NCBI GenBank assembly: GCA_946965045.2
Contig: OX337230.1
Coordinates: forward strand, 3,658,001-3,722,000
Length of the DNA stretch: 64,000 bases
Reading direction: 5' to 3'
From: Epithemia pelagica
Taxonomy: Eukaryota; Protista; Bacillariophyta
Shown here: one piece after another, positions 41,101 through 51,029 of the stretch
Position numbering within the stretch: position 1 is the first letter of the stretch
How the letters are laid out: the number at the start of each line of letters is the position of its first letter
Made by a program: the position numbers and the translations under genes
Notes under the pieces: model-generated
Databases searched by the model: none
Told to the model about the DNA's origin: nothing
What the model saw: only the letters and a program-made list of their open reading frames with translations

Positions 41101-43700
41101 TCTGTGACTTATTGAATCATTCTTCTTCACATGCACACTCTGGACGGACTCCTATTGAGGCTCTCACCGGTCACCCTCCCGACATTTCGCACCTCCTGTT
41201 CTTTCCCTTCTGGGATGAAGTCTACTATCGTGTTGACCCCTCCGAACCGTTGTCTGGTCCCTACCCTTCTTCGACCGATGAGAAACTTGGCCATTGGGTT
41301 GGTTTTGCTCACAACGTTGGTGATGCTTTTACATGGAAGATTTTGTCTGCTGACAACCATATCCTCTACCGTTCCGCTGTTCGCCGTGTCGCTTCCACTA
41401 CACCCAACCTTCGTGTGGATCGACCTTCAGGGGAGACGTCTCCGAAAGATGACACTGATAAGCAGGCTGACACTGTCTTCATTCGCAGTAAAAGTGAAGA
41501 TCCATCCAAACCAATGCCTACAATCGATTACGAAAACATGATAGGACGCACTTTCCTATGCGACACTGAAGAAAATGGGGAGCGTCATCGAGCACGCGTT
41601 GTCAAACGAGTTATAGATCTTAATGAAGAATCACTCAAGCAAGAAGAACGCATCAAGTACATCTACCGCAAGACAAATTCTGACGTTGATGAAATGATCT
41701 CTTATAACCAGTTGATGGAGTATATTGAGAGGGACAATCAAGCGCAGACCTTGGGAGATAATTTGTTCCGTTTCAGGGATGTTATTGCACATCAAGGCCC
41801 ACTGTCTTCAACTGACCCGGATTATAAGGGGAGTAAGTATAACTTGCTTGTGGATTGGGAAACTGGGGAGACAACCTATGAACCACTCTCCCTTATTGCC
41901 AATGACGACCCAATCACCGTTGCCATATATGGAAAGAAGCATGGGCTCCTCAACGAACCAGGATGGAAACACCTGAAACGCTACGTCAAGACGAGTAAAC
42001 GCCTGATACGTGCTGCAAAACAATCAAGGATCAAACAAGTACGTCGATCAGTCAAGTATAAGTTTGGATTCCAAGTCCCTCGAGATTACGCCGAGGCTGT
42101 CAATCTTGACAAACAAAATGGTACCACAAGGTGGCAAGACGCAACTGAATTGGAACTGTCTCAGATACAATCATATGAGACATTCAAGGACCATGGGAGG
42201 GCCATCTTCACAAATGGCAAGGTATCAAATGCACCTGAGGGATATCAAAAGATTCGAGTGCATCTCGTTTTTGATGTGAAACATGATGGTAGACACAAGG
42301 CACGACTTGTTGCAGATGGACACTTGACGAAGGAACCTGTGGAAACGATCTACTCTGGAGTTGTTTCTATTTGCAACCTACGAATTGCTTTATTCCTTGG
42401 ATCTCTGAACGATCTAGAAGTATGGGGAGCAGACATTGGGAATGCGTATCTTGAAGCATTGACTGGGGAGAAGTTATATATTGTGGCAGGACCCGATTTC
42501 AAGGAGCTAGAAGGTCACATCCTCATCATCTACAAGGCCCTCTATGGTCTCAAATCTTCAGGCGCACGATGGCATGATGTCCTTTTTGACGTCCTCACCG
42601 ATATGGGTTTCTCACCAAGCAAGGCAGATCCTGACATTTGGATGAGAAAAGCACCTGGGGAGGATTGCTACGAATATATCGCCGTATATGTGGATGACTT
42701 AGCCATCATAGCTACTGACCCTGGAAACATTTGCAAAGTCTTCAAGGAAAAGTACAACTTCAAGCTTAAGGGAGATGGACCTATTGACTATCACCTGGGA
42801 TGCCGGTACACCAAGGACCCTGACGGAACCCTAGTCTCTGATCCACGCCGATACATTAGCAAAATGATGGACACCTTCAAACGTATCTTCAAAGAGAAAC
42901 CCAAGAAGGCTAAAACCCCTCTCATTGCTGGTGATCACCCGGAATTGGACGACACCAAACTCCTTGATGAAGAAGGTACACAGCACTTCCAGACCTTGAT
43001 TGGACAGCTTCAGTGGGTGATTACAATTGGTCGCTTTGATGTTTTTACTGCTACGATGACCCTTTCCAGGTTCTGCGCAGCTCCAAGACAGGGACATCTC
43101 AACAGAGCTAAACGCATCTATGGATACCTTTTCAATCTTTCTGATGGTGCAATCAGATTCCGAATCAGAGAGCCCGATTTCTCAAGCATTCCAAGTCAAG
43201 ACTTTGATTGGAGTCGTACGGTCTATTTAGATGCCAAGGAATACATCCCTCATGATTGCCCAGAACCACTTGGACGATATGTGACGACAACGCATTATGT
43301 TGATGCTAACCTTATGCACGACATGATCACAGGAAAGTCTGTAACAGCCATCCTGCATCTCTTGAATGGGACACCAATTGATTGGTACAGCAAACGACAG
43401 AGCACTGTGGAAACGGCAACATATGGATCAGAATTTGTGGCAGCAAGGACAGCAGTCGACCAAATCACTGAATTACGGCATTCACTTCGTTACCTTGGAG
43501 TACCAATCAGGGATCGCAGTTATCTGTTTGGAGACAATCGATCTGTGGTTGTTAACGCAACAATGCCTCATTCTATCTTGTCCAAGAGACATTATCTCCT
43601 TTCATATCACCGGGTACGTGAAGCGATAGCAGCGCAATACGTTGCATTCTATTGGAAGGATGGGAAGACCAACCCTGCCGACATCCTCAGCAAGCATTAG
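38160..43700 (+). CDS. Gag-Pol polyprotein of Copia element 2 (1846 aa; probably truncated by TGG to TAG near the C-terminus)
   Basis: LIDRGANGGLAG (PR); ATDSIFSD, ISDGG, QNKAENRY (IN); KARLVADGH, YVDDL (RT); YVDANL, GSEFVA, GDNRSV, NPADILSKH (RNase H). Confidence 0.95.
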   Translation: MEPTTPITPEFSTNQSISDQEVFDHITQVLFNFSKERVDVLVKWMHHHAFDDILSIIEHMAIDPEKNMDNMTKYKSGKQMHDLHVNTSQQIKLLAHWFRQTSIDIQGIPSKATWMNLTKAEFDLWRINTDFRSGSPINDPVSPMKSPSHSTSPKSFSTTSAASQSQLDLTAFKKGTKRDAMAYETFKDERYYDTFWRTFKTTAKAQGLSNVLDFRYKPPTNDTYATELFQEQQIFLYSVLVRIIQTDQGRAYVCEHEHDEDARAVLQKLHTLHTKSDLAKREVLRLTNYISNLRLDDTWRGSSRQFLLHFQDKLRLLDNLIDLSDRIPDHTRMTFLMQAVEKVPDLRRVKILDNVVNTKSGAKSLCYQSYFSILMDAAYDHDQVTQSSATGRRRSVKQHEQHETQHDIEGSLQEDDAYQINNTNVQDDNTASPKASLPRDLWFKLPEDARKMIVEYNKNVQASTPSPRKVQQHSLDIDPEPDPDPGQDVFDDLDNPTYPQDDSDPATHLIHQAMTSTDINHPASDLSNVLSNAASKTSKKISFKQNEHKQKVHMTQYMFSRKSTYTGNQLIDRGANGGLAGADMRILSKTGRNITIVGIDNHELTGLPIVTCAAKFETNDGPIVGIFNEYAYYGKGQSIHAPCQLEHYGLSVDERSAKVDGKQRITTLDGRALPLCIKDGLAFIHSLGIPSDDDMDRLPQIIFTSPSTWDPSVLDRTHSDPQHDASTAWHQVATDGSMARYPYDTYGEYTDRVVCNLNLLLDLPYDHGPDNTTYFSIYADANGEDPTLQHASVHRRFVEEHDWKQFRPFFGWQSEEVLADTFKHTTRHANVTFDCDTLKKHFKARNLPRRHEPVATDSIFSDTPAVDHGGKVAQIFVGRDTLVTDIYGIKSTKQFVNTLQDNIRMRGVMETLISDGGSSLISHKVKDILRTLLIGEYCSEPYHQHQNKAENRYQTVKRMTNAIMNATGCPANVWLLCLEYVCDLLNHSSSHAHSGRTPIEALTGHPPDISHLLFFPFWDEVYYRVDPSEPLSGPYPSSTDEKLGHWVGFAHNVGDAFTWKILSADNHILYRSAVRRVASTTPNLRVDRPSGETSPKDDTDKQADTVFIRSKSEDPSKPMPTIDYENMIGRTFLCDTEENGERHRARVVKRVIDLNEESLKQEERIKYIYRKTNSDVDEMISYNQLMEYIERDNQAQTLGDNLFRFRDVIAHQGPLSSTDPDYKGSKYNLLVDWETGETTYEPLSLIANDDPITVAIYGKKHGLLNEPGWKHLKRYVKTSKRLIRAAKQSRIKQVRRSVKYKFGFQVPRDYAEAVNLDKQNGTTRWQDATELELSQIQSYETFKDHGRAIFTNGKVSNAPEGYQKIRVHLVFDVKHDGRHKARLVADGHLTKEPVETIYSGVVSICNLRIALFLGSLNDLEVWGADIGNAYLEALTGEKLYIVAGPDFKELEGHILIIYKALYGLKSSGARWHDVLFDVLTDMGFSPSKADPDIWMRKAPGEDCYEYIAVYVDDLAIIATDPGNICKVFKEKYNFKLKGDGPIDYHLGCRYTKDPDGTLVSDPRRYISKMMDTFKRIFKEKPKKAKTPLIAGDHPELDDTKLLDEEGTQHFQTLIGQLQWVITIGRFDVFTATMTLSRFCAAPRQGHLNRAKRIYGYLFNLSDGAIRFRIREPDFSSIPSQDFDWSRTVYLDAKEYIPHDCPEPLGRYVTTTHYVDANLMHDMITGKSVTAILHLLNGTPIDWYSKRQSTVETATYGSEFVAARTAVDQITELRHSLRYLGVPIRDRSYLFGDNRSVVVNATMPHSILSKRHYLLSYHRVREAIAAQYVAFYWKDGKTNPADILSKH

Positions 43701-43811
43701 GAATTTGCAACTATTTGGCCTCTACTCAAGCCCCTACTGTTTTGGAGAGGAGAAGTTCAAGATCTCTACGAATCCAGCGATGACAAGGCTGAACCAACGA
43801 GCTGTGGGGAG

Positions 43812-44577
43812 TAGTAGAACTCTCACCGAAAATCATCGGTTAGGTTCGGCACCTCATCGGTTAGTCGAGTCCCGTGGCTTCAAACATCACCTACATCACC
43901 TACATCCACACTACATACCTAGCTTCGCGCTAGCTCAACCTATATTTCGGTCGCATATACCAAAAAGTGAGAACAGATTGACGAACGTGCTATCAAGAAT
44001 CAACTTTGGTCTTGATATCGCATCAACGGATGATCATCCGTTGAACATCCGAGCCTGACCTATGCCCTAAGCGTGCGTGCCCAAATTCGTCAAGATGCGC
44101 GCAAGAACTATCCGAGCGTGGCGATCATGTATCCGACCCAACGGTCTAAGTACACAAGGCACGAATCACGATCACGCGAGACCATATCATCGTTCCCACT
44201 ATTTCAAGATTGCAAACAAGAACGCGCCAACAAAACTACATATACCAACTTTAGCCAAGAATCGTTGAGGCTGTATATGATATACAAGCACATATACATG
44301 TTATATACCTCACATACATCAACTCCAACCATTCCAGTCCTATCACCGCCAAGAACCTATTTCACACGATCAACAACAAGAATGGAAACCTCACACACCA
44401 AACCTAGTAGTAAGCTCACAATCATTAACATTACCATATCATCACGTCTTCAGTGTCCTGACTATCCCTACGATAGAACCCTTGGGTTTCCTTTGTTCTC
44501 TGACCCGTGGAGAACTTTGGTATCAGTTGGTAATCGATTGTGGCTCTTCTAGAGCGTGTACTGACGGAATTCTACTA
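43812..44577 (+). repeat. 3' LTR of Copia element 2
   Basis: See the 5' LTR entry. Confidence 0.95.
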
Positions 44578-44803
44578 CTACTTAGCCGAACATGGATCAG
44601 CTTACCCAGCCCTTACCCCCGCAATCGGAGGGTTTGTGAGACCAAGAGATGCACATTCGAATGGTGGAGCTCCTGAATTCCATGAATTCAATGGAACATC
44701 TCTTTGTAACCCGTCATTCATTCCCTTCGATCCAACATTGCTTGTGCCGCCAATATATCATCTGTTCCTCATGGTGGATTCGCAAACGGAAAATGGCTTC
44801 TCG

Positions 44804-45532
44804 TGCTTGAGGCGCATCGGGGTGGTAAAAAAAATTCGAGGCAAAAATCAAGATTCGAGTTTCGAGGTTGGTCTAATAGGTTATGAATAGGTTATGTGTA
44901 CCCTCGAATCTTGACCTCGACTTTTGACCGAGGCGCACTTTTAAAAATTTTTGGGCCAAAGTGCGCTCCGACCAAAAATCGAGGTCAAGATTCGAGGGTG
45001 CTCTTCTGTCGTACGTTTTCTCACAACTCCAAACTCCAAACATCATCCTCATCTCTTCTTGCTGTTGTCTTTGTCGAAATGCAAACTAGTTTGGGACCGT
45101 GTGCAAAGGCTGACAATACCAACAGACAAACTAGTATTTAGGGTATGTATGAAGCCCCACCCCAGTTGTTGTTGACTCTCCCCTTTCTCGTCATATCACT
45201 TTAGTGTAGTAACTGCTAGACAACACCATGGACATTTCTCCGTCATTGTCCGAACCTCTTCTTGTTGCTCTTGTCGCAGAGATGTTGCTCTTGTCGCAGA
45301 GAGTAGTGCGTACAGAATGGTTTGTGTCGTTTCCAATCTCGTTCTCGATTCTCGCACGTCGAGCACAGGAAACAGGCGAAACGCGACCTTGAAACTCGAA
45401 ACTCGAAATTAATCTTTTACCACCGTGAAAGATCCTAGGTTAAGAATTCGAGGCCTGTAGAAGACCCCACCTCGAAACTCGAATCTTGATTTTTGCCTCG
45501 ATTTTTTTTTACCACCCCGATGCGCCTGAGCA
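44804..45532. mobile_element. MITE-like element with about 70-bp terminal inverted repeats and an internal 100-bp hairpin
   Basis: 44804-44874 is the reverse complement of 45462-45532 with a few differences. Flanks TTCTCG and TTCTTG are a possible degenerate TSD. Confidence 0.65.
44900..44999. repeat. Hairpin with 42-bp arms (21-bp perfect outer stem, 5 mismatches) and a 16-nt loop
   Basis: ACCCTCGAATCTTGACCTCGA...TCGAGGTCAAGATTCGAGGGT. Confidence 0.9.
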
Positions 45533-45561
45533 TTCTTGTTTGGGGGATGTTCCATTTCCTC

Positions 45562-46043
45562 AGGCCGTTCCTTGATATTCTGCAAAAACAAAAGTTGGAG
45601 GGTGACACGTCACAAAAAACCCGGAAATATGGCGTCAAATCCGGGTTCGACGCTGTTTCAGCTTTTGAGGCTGGGTCCAACTTTTGCAGGCCGGCAAAAG
45701 CTGAACAGACATTAGGGATAGTGCTTTCTTCTTGCTAGTGTACATTGGGCCCTACAGAAACAAAAATGACGGTTTAGGATTTGAACGGCGCGCGTTCGAC
45801 TCCAACGGTCCCCCTAACCTCAATGAGGAGGAAGACGGAACGTCCTCCTAATGTCTTACTTTGATAATTGTAGTAGTCAAATCATCAAAGTGAATATGGG
45901 GACTATTGAGGGCCTTGGGGGAAAAAGTACGGTTATAGGTTTTGGTTTTGTAAATGCCAAAGGACGGCGTGTCGCGCAATTGTCTACAAAAAGGTGATGT
46001 CATGTGTCGATTTTTGTTTTTGCAGAATATCAAGGAACGGCCT
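45562..46043. repeat. Perfect 32-bp inverted repeat pair bounding about 480 bp
   Basis: AGGCCGTTCCTTGATATTCTGCAAAAACAAAA at 45562-45593 and its reverse complement at 46012-46043. Confidence 0.85.
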
Positions 46044-46518
46044 CAGTCGCGCAGCTATAGATTGCCCGAGAACAACCTCGCAGTTCCTTTTTGCGCCCGC
46101 GACTCATCACATTTTAATGCGACTGACTGTGTCTATGAGCGGAGCACATAGCGTTCTGCGTGAGATAGAGTCAACAGGCTTGGTGATCGCAACATCCGCT
46201 CGATCTGCAATGCCACGGACAATCTTATTAAAACAAGAAAGAATGATTCCTCCGTCAGATACTAATTGCCATCCTGACCTACAGGCAAAAACGTGCTCCG
46301 ACACATTTGTATACGAGACAAAACCGACCATGATCTCATACTTTTACCGTGAAACAATACTCCTGTTGTCTGTTGTAATCAAACTTGTCGCTTGTCTATT
46401 ATATCTTCTCTATGTTTATGTGTCTAGTGTCTTGCGACTTTCAAAAATGCAAGCTGCTTCAAGTCCATCCACTGAACTCGGCGAATCAGCTTTGTGTCAA
46501 ATGCGTTGCTCGACAATT

Positions 46519-47385
46519 TTAGTCCTCATTGTCACTATCTTCTTCTTCTGCGATACTGGCGTCGTATTCTTCATCATCGTCATCGCTGTCGTACTCGTCA
46601 TCATCGTCATCGTCGTCTTCTTCTTCCTGCAGTAACGAGGTATGCAAGGCCACGGCGATTTCGTGAGCAAACACTTGTGATCCTCTGGATACGGGCAGAA
46701 GAAGGTCGATCCGGTCCAAAGATTGACGGGTCACGCTTCGTCGTCGTGGTCGATTGGGAAGCGTCAAGAATTCTTCCAATCCGAGGAGTTGCGATCCCAC
46801 CCATTCGTACACTTGGACCAGCTTTTGATGCAACAAGGGAATTTCATCCAAACTGGTGCGATCGGTACACTCTTGATAGACACGATTCAGTATACGATGT
46901 CCCATGCTCCAAGCTTGTGCAGGAATTGGTTTGCCATTGTCGTCATGGAAGGAGCTGAAGTGAGAATTGGTGATACGACTGGCCAACAAAAACTGTCGGG
47001 CATCGTCCACGGCCTGATCACGAAACATGGCAATTTCCATGGGCGTGTACCACAATTCTCGAACTCGCGATATAGGAATAGCAGAATCATTGGTGGTAGT
47101 AGTGGAGTATCGCTCAAATTCGTGAACTTGATTCAAGTCGGTCCGAAACTGAACCGTGTGGCGTACTTTGCGACTTGTCGTTGTGACAGAGTCTTGTTGT
47201 TGTGGTTCCGCAGATGTGGTATGGTTCGTTTGGTGCATCAAGGCGCCTTTTCTTGGGGAGTCTTGCACTGCCGTCATGGTTGAGCCAAGCGAAGATGCAT
47301 CGTCATCATCGTGATTGTGTGGTTGCAGAGAAGCTGGAGGTTGGAGGAGTTGCATCCATGGTGCGGGTTCTGTTTCCAAATACAT
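46519..47385 (-). CDS. Hypothetical protein of a diatom-type family (V.F...V.....LWY...E...F motif), acidic C-terminus
   Basis: HTVQFRTDLNQVHEF...ELWYTPMEIAMFRDQA...LLGLEEF...SQVFAHEIA; ATG at 47385. Confidence 0.7.
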   Translation of the reverse strand: MYLETEPAPWMQLLQPPASLQPHNHDDDDASSLGSTMTAVQDSPRKGALMHQTNHTTSAEPQQQDSVTTTSRKVRHTVQFRTDLNQVHEFERYSTTTTNDSAIPISRVRELWYTPMEIAMFRDQAVDDARQFLLASRITNSHFSSFHDDNGKPIPAQAWSMGHRILNRVYQECTDRTSLDEIPLLHQKLVQVYEWVGSQLLGLEEFLTLPNRPRRRSVTRQSLDRIDLLLPVSRGSQVFAHEIAVALHTSLLQEEEDDDDDDDEYDSDDDDEEYDASIAEEEDSDNED

Positions 47386-47664
47386 GCTTTGAGTTGTGGC
47401 GTTTTGTTGTTCTCTTTTTTGTGAGACCAAAAAGGTTTTTTGGTTTGTCAACAAAGACGAAAAAGTTCTCGTTTTCCTCTTCAAAGTGTTTGTTTTGTGA
47501 GAGCAACGATGGTTCTGTTTCCGTGACTGACGATGCGATACGGCACATGCAGTATGCAGTGACTTCTTGCGAAGCACCTCTGTTCTTGCGGAAGCATCCT
47601 CGTTGTTCCGGAATCCCGGAAAAACCCCAAACCAGAAGACACCAGACGCGCTTTCAAGGATGCT

Positions 47665-48222
47665 TCTGTGACGACGTCACAATTGACGCACGTCACGTGA
47701 CGTGACGTAAAATTGACGACGTCACGTCAGGCCATCAGGCTGTGACGAATGACGGGAATGAAAAAAAGTGACGGGAAACAAAAAAATCTTTTGTGGATCT
47801 TTTGTAGTCAAACAGATACGTCGAGAAACGCACAAAAATGGCATCCAAAGTGATCCAAGGAATGAACAACAATCAACCATTGATGATCAAGCATGGTCGT
47901 AACTTTTATGTGTGCATGATCGATGTTGACTTATCGTGGTTGGATGTCAGAACCACTACTGTGACGGGACAAGGACAAACTTTGGGGATTCATCCTTGGA
48001 AAAGGAGACGAAGTGGAGCTTCCGTCCACTTCAGGCACCATTTACAGACATCAGAGACCATTAATCATGATACATACAGTCAAAACATCCTATTTCTATC
48101 ATACATCCCTATTGTCTTATCAATATCCCAAAATTGACGAAAGTGACGGGGAAAACCTGACGGGAACATATTCCCGTCATTATTTGACGGCGTCACGTCA
48201 CGGTTGTGGCCCGTGACGCGAC
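47665..48222. promoter_or_regulatory. Two dense clusters of TGACG/CGTCA motifs
   Basis: About 12 copies in 47669-47773 and about 8 copies in 48135-48218, counted by eye on both strands. Confidence 0.45.
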
Positions 48223-48605
48223 GTAGTAGCAACCTTGGCGCTTTTGCTCCATACCTTCCCCAACCATCCGTGTCTCTTTGAGGGCTTATGATTATTTAAC
48301 GAAAAGCATTCCGTCCCAACCGATATCAAGCAAGGGTCATGTCTTGAACATAAGCCTTCTTGATCCTGTACCGTTACTGAATGTATGGCCAGCTTTAAAT
48401 TCCAAAACCCCTACCACAAACCACGAGCCAATGGCTTAAGTCGAGGGAGGGAAATTTTCCATGATAATGCTCCGGGGAAGGAAGTAAAAGTCAAAGGGAC
48501 TTTTAGGGCAATAATAAGAAGCTCGCGCACCGTACCCCAAAGGTCAAGAAGGGACCGACGGACGAACGACGAAGAAGAATGACGTGTCACTCAACAAGAT
48601 CTCAT

Positions 48606-49040
48606 CTCCACGTCAGGATTGGTTGGTTGAAGTTGCAAGATACTTCCTCTACGAAAACAAAAGAATTCATAAGTTGACGAAAGGAAGCAACTGCAGTGAC
48701 CTTCTCTTGTCTCAAGAATGGTTGTGGATGTGGGGGAAATTCACCGAGAGACTCCACGTCAGGATTGGTTGGGTGAAGTTGCAAGATACTTCCTCTACGA
48801 ACAAAAGAATTCATCAGTTGACGAAAGGAAGCAACTGCAGTGACCTTCTCTTGTCTCAAGAATGGTTGTGGATGTGGGGGAAATTCACCGAGAGACTCCA
48901 CGTCAGGATTGGTTGGGTGAAGTTGCACGATACTTCCTCTACGAACAAAAGAATTCATCAGTTGACGAAAGGAAGCAACTGCAGTGACCTTCTCTTGTCT
49001 CAAGAATGGTTGTGGATGTGGGGGAAATTCACCGAGAGAC
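48606..49040. repeat. Three tandem copies of a 144-bp unit (first copy 146 bp)
   Basis: CTCCACGTCAGGATTGGTTG starts at 48606, 48752 and 48896. Confidence 0.95.
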
Positions 49041-49495
49041 AAACAGAGTGGGCGTTCTCACTATTTGGCGGAACAGAACAATGGGCAAGACAAACGGAGA
49101 CAGACCAACCACACACTGCCGATTCATTTTCGTTTTTCCTGAGCAAGACGGAACGAAAGCCAACCGGCCAAACCAAGAGTTACGATCACGTTTGCCTTGT
49201 TTCTGAAACGTTGATCGTGCTGACTACCTACGGATCGATTGTTTCGTCATGTCTTGTGACCAATGATATTGATACCACAAGTACGTAGTCTTGAGCTGCA
49301 CACAAGTTGGGAGATAGAGAAACTTATTAAGATCCTAGGCTTGTACAAATATAGGTGGCTCTCGTGACGACTGTCTTTTGGATGAGATTCATTTGCGAAA
49401 ACGTCAAAATGCAATAACAGTACATGTAATTTTCTAAATCTAATCAAAATCTTAAATACAAAACCAAACAAAAGGGAGCCACGACGATTGACACT

Positions 49496-50932
49496 TTACA
49501 AAGAAGCTTGAGCAAAGGCACGCACCAGCTTGGACTGAATTCCTTTCATGAGGATCTTGCGAAGAGGCTTTTCCATAGATTCATCATAGTCTTTAAGTAA
49601 GGAAAGGGTCGCATGTGTGTCAACCCGTAGAACGGTGGCACCGCCCGGACCCACTGTCCACGATTCACCCGTGTAGGCATTACTATCGTCGTGGAACAAT
49701 ACACATTCTTGATCCTCATCCTCCGACTGCATACATCCCAGAAAACTCAATCGATTCAAAATTCCAGACACGACCGATTCGGTCATGGTTCCATCCAGTA
49801 AGGAAGGCGAGGACGATGCTGAGGGAAAGTCCAGTTCTCCCAACATGTCCAAATCTCCCAACAGTCCTGCGTGCAAATCATTGCCCGTCCACTTTCGTGT
49901 AATGGCGTTGGATTTCACATTGTACGACGACTTGGACAATGGATTGTGCACTTGGACACTTCCCTTGTACAACCAAAAGAGCGACTCGGGCGATGTTTCA
50001 ATGACTTGACCTTCTTCCAAGGAAACCCAATCAATTGCAAAGGAGGAGAGTGTATTGTACTGGTGCACAGTCATACCACAGGGTTCAAACAGCAAGTGAA
50101 AGGCTCGATAATTCTTGGCCGAAGTGGACACTGTGCAACCCTGAGACAACCATTGACTAGCCGCCATGTGCGATATGTGTTTAAAGAGGCTCGAGAATGC
50201 CACGAAGAGCGTCACGAGTTGAATCACCCATTGTTCGGGTGCTGTTGCAGCCACATCTTGCACTTGAAACGCACCCGTGGCCAACAATTGACCCAAGACG
50301 GTCCATCCTCGAAATTCCATCGTGGCCGACTCGAAAAGTGCCGTACAAAGCGGGGCCACAACATCCAGGGCAAAATGACTCAAATCATTGAGCAGTTTGG
50401 ATTCCATCATGACTTCATTCACGGGGACTCCAGGAGGAAACATGGTGCCATCCGGGGCTATCATATACAAACTATCCATGGTACAGCTCCAGGCATCGCC
50501 TAGCTTATCCATGGCGGACTGGGCAAAGAGTGTTTGAACAGCAACGGCTCCAGCGGCCAAAGGATGACTCACATGGGACGCAATCTCTCGAGGATGAGGC
50601 ATGGTTAATCCGCCATTCATGGATCCAGCCGTCCACAAGTCTTTTGAAAAGGGTACCGTCCAGGCATTGTCCTCATGTCGTGGCGTGTCAGTCCATTCGG
50701 TGGGATGAGGGTGCTGGGTCACCAGTGCGGAGGTATAGGACCGTACATGTCCTGGAATAAAGGCACGAGAGGTTGGTTGTCGTCGATCAGAGGCCAAAAA
50801 GGCATTGCTGGGTGTCATCCACAAGAAACCAGCCAGAATGGAATGTTCTAGAGTATAGCGTGTCGACCAGCAGCACTTGAGACAGTCGAGGAAAGTTTGC
50901 GGTCTCTTGTTGTTCTCATGTGACAGAGTCAT
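49496..50932 (-). CDS. Hypothetical membrane protein, possibly with a C-terminal Popeye/cNMP-binding-like domain and a plastid-type presequence
   Basis: Long ORF, likely ATG at 50932. Signal-like ILAGFLWMTPSNA-FLA, hydrophobic middle, FHLLFEPCG...W...EEGQVI...LFWLYKGSVQV. The domain call is from memory and weak. Confidence 0.55.
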   Translation of the reverse strand: MTLSHENNKRPQTFLDCLKCCWSTRYTLEHSILAGFLWMTPSNAFLASDRRQPTSRAFIPGHVRSYTSALVTQHPHPTEWTDTPRHEDNAWTVPFSKDLWTAGSMNGGLTMPHPREIASHVSHPLAAGAVAVQTLFAQSAMDKLGDAWSCTMDSLYMIAPDGTMFPPGVPVNEVMMESKLLNDLSHFALDVVAPLCTALFESATMEFRGWTVLGQLLATGAFQVQDVAATAPEQWVIQLVTLFVAFSSLFKHISHMAASQWLSQGCTVSTSAKNYRAFHLLFEPCGMTVHQYNTLSSFAIDWVSLEEGQVIETSPESLFWLYKGSVQVHNPLSKSSYNVKSNAITRKWTGNDLHAGLLGDLDMLGELDFPSASSSPSLLDGTMTESVVSGILNRLSFLGCMQSEDEDQECVLFHDDSNAYTGESWTVGPGGATVLRVDTHATLSLLKDYDESMEKPLRKILMKGIQSKLVRAFAQASL

Positions 50933-51029
50933 GATCAAGCGTGGAACGTGAATGCCGAGAGGCTCTGGTGAAAAATTGTGAGTTGATTGCATGCAATCAT
51001 TCTTCTGAGTCATGTTGGATTCTCCAAAT

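Larger units (their letters stand above)
36393..44577 (+). mobile_element. Full-length Ty1/Copia (CoDi-like) LTR retrotransposon, element 2
   Basis: 766-bp LTRs that appear identical; 5-bp TSD CTACT (36388-36392 and 44578-44582); gag, PR, IN, RT, RNase H; GGGGAG before the 3' LTR. Confidence 0.97.
35822..44621. mobile_element. MITE-like module with about 70-bp terminal inverted repeats; right arm split by Copia element 2
   Basis: 35822-35892 is the near-perfect reverse complement of 36361-36392 joined to 44583-44621. Pre-insertion size about 610 bp; no ORF and no clear TSD. Confidence 0.65.
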
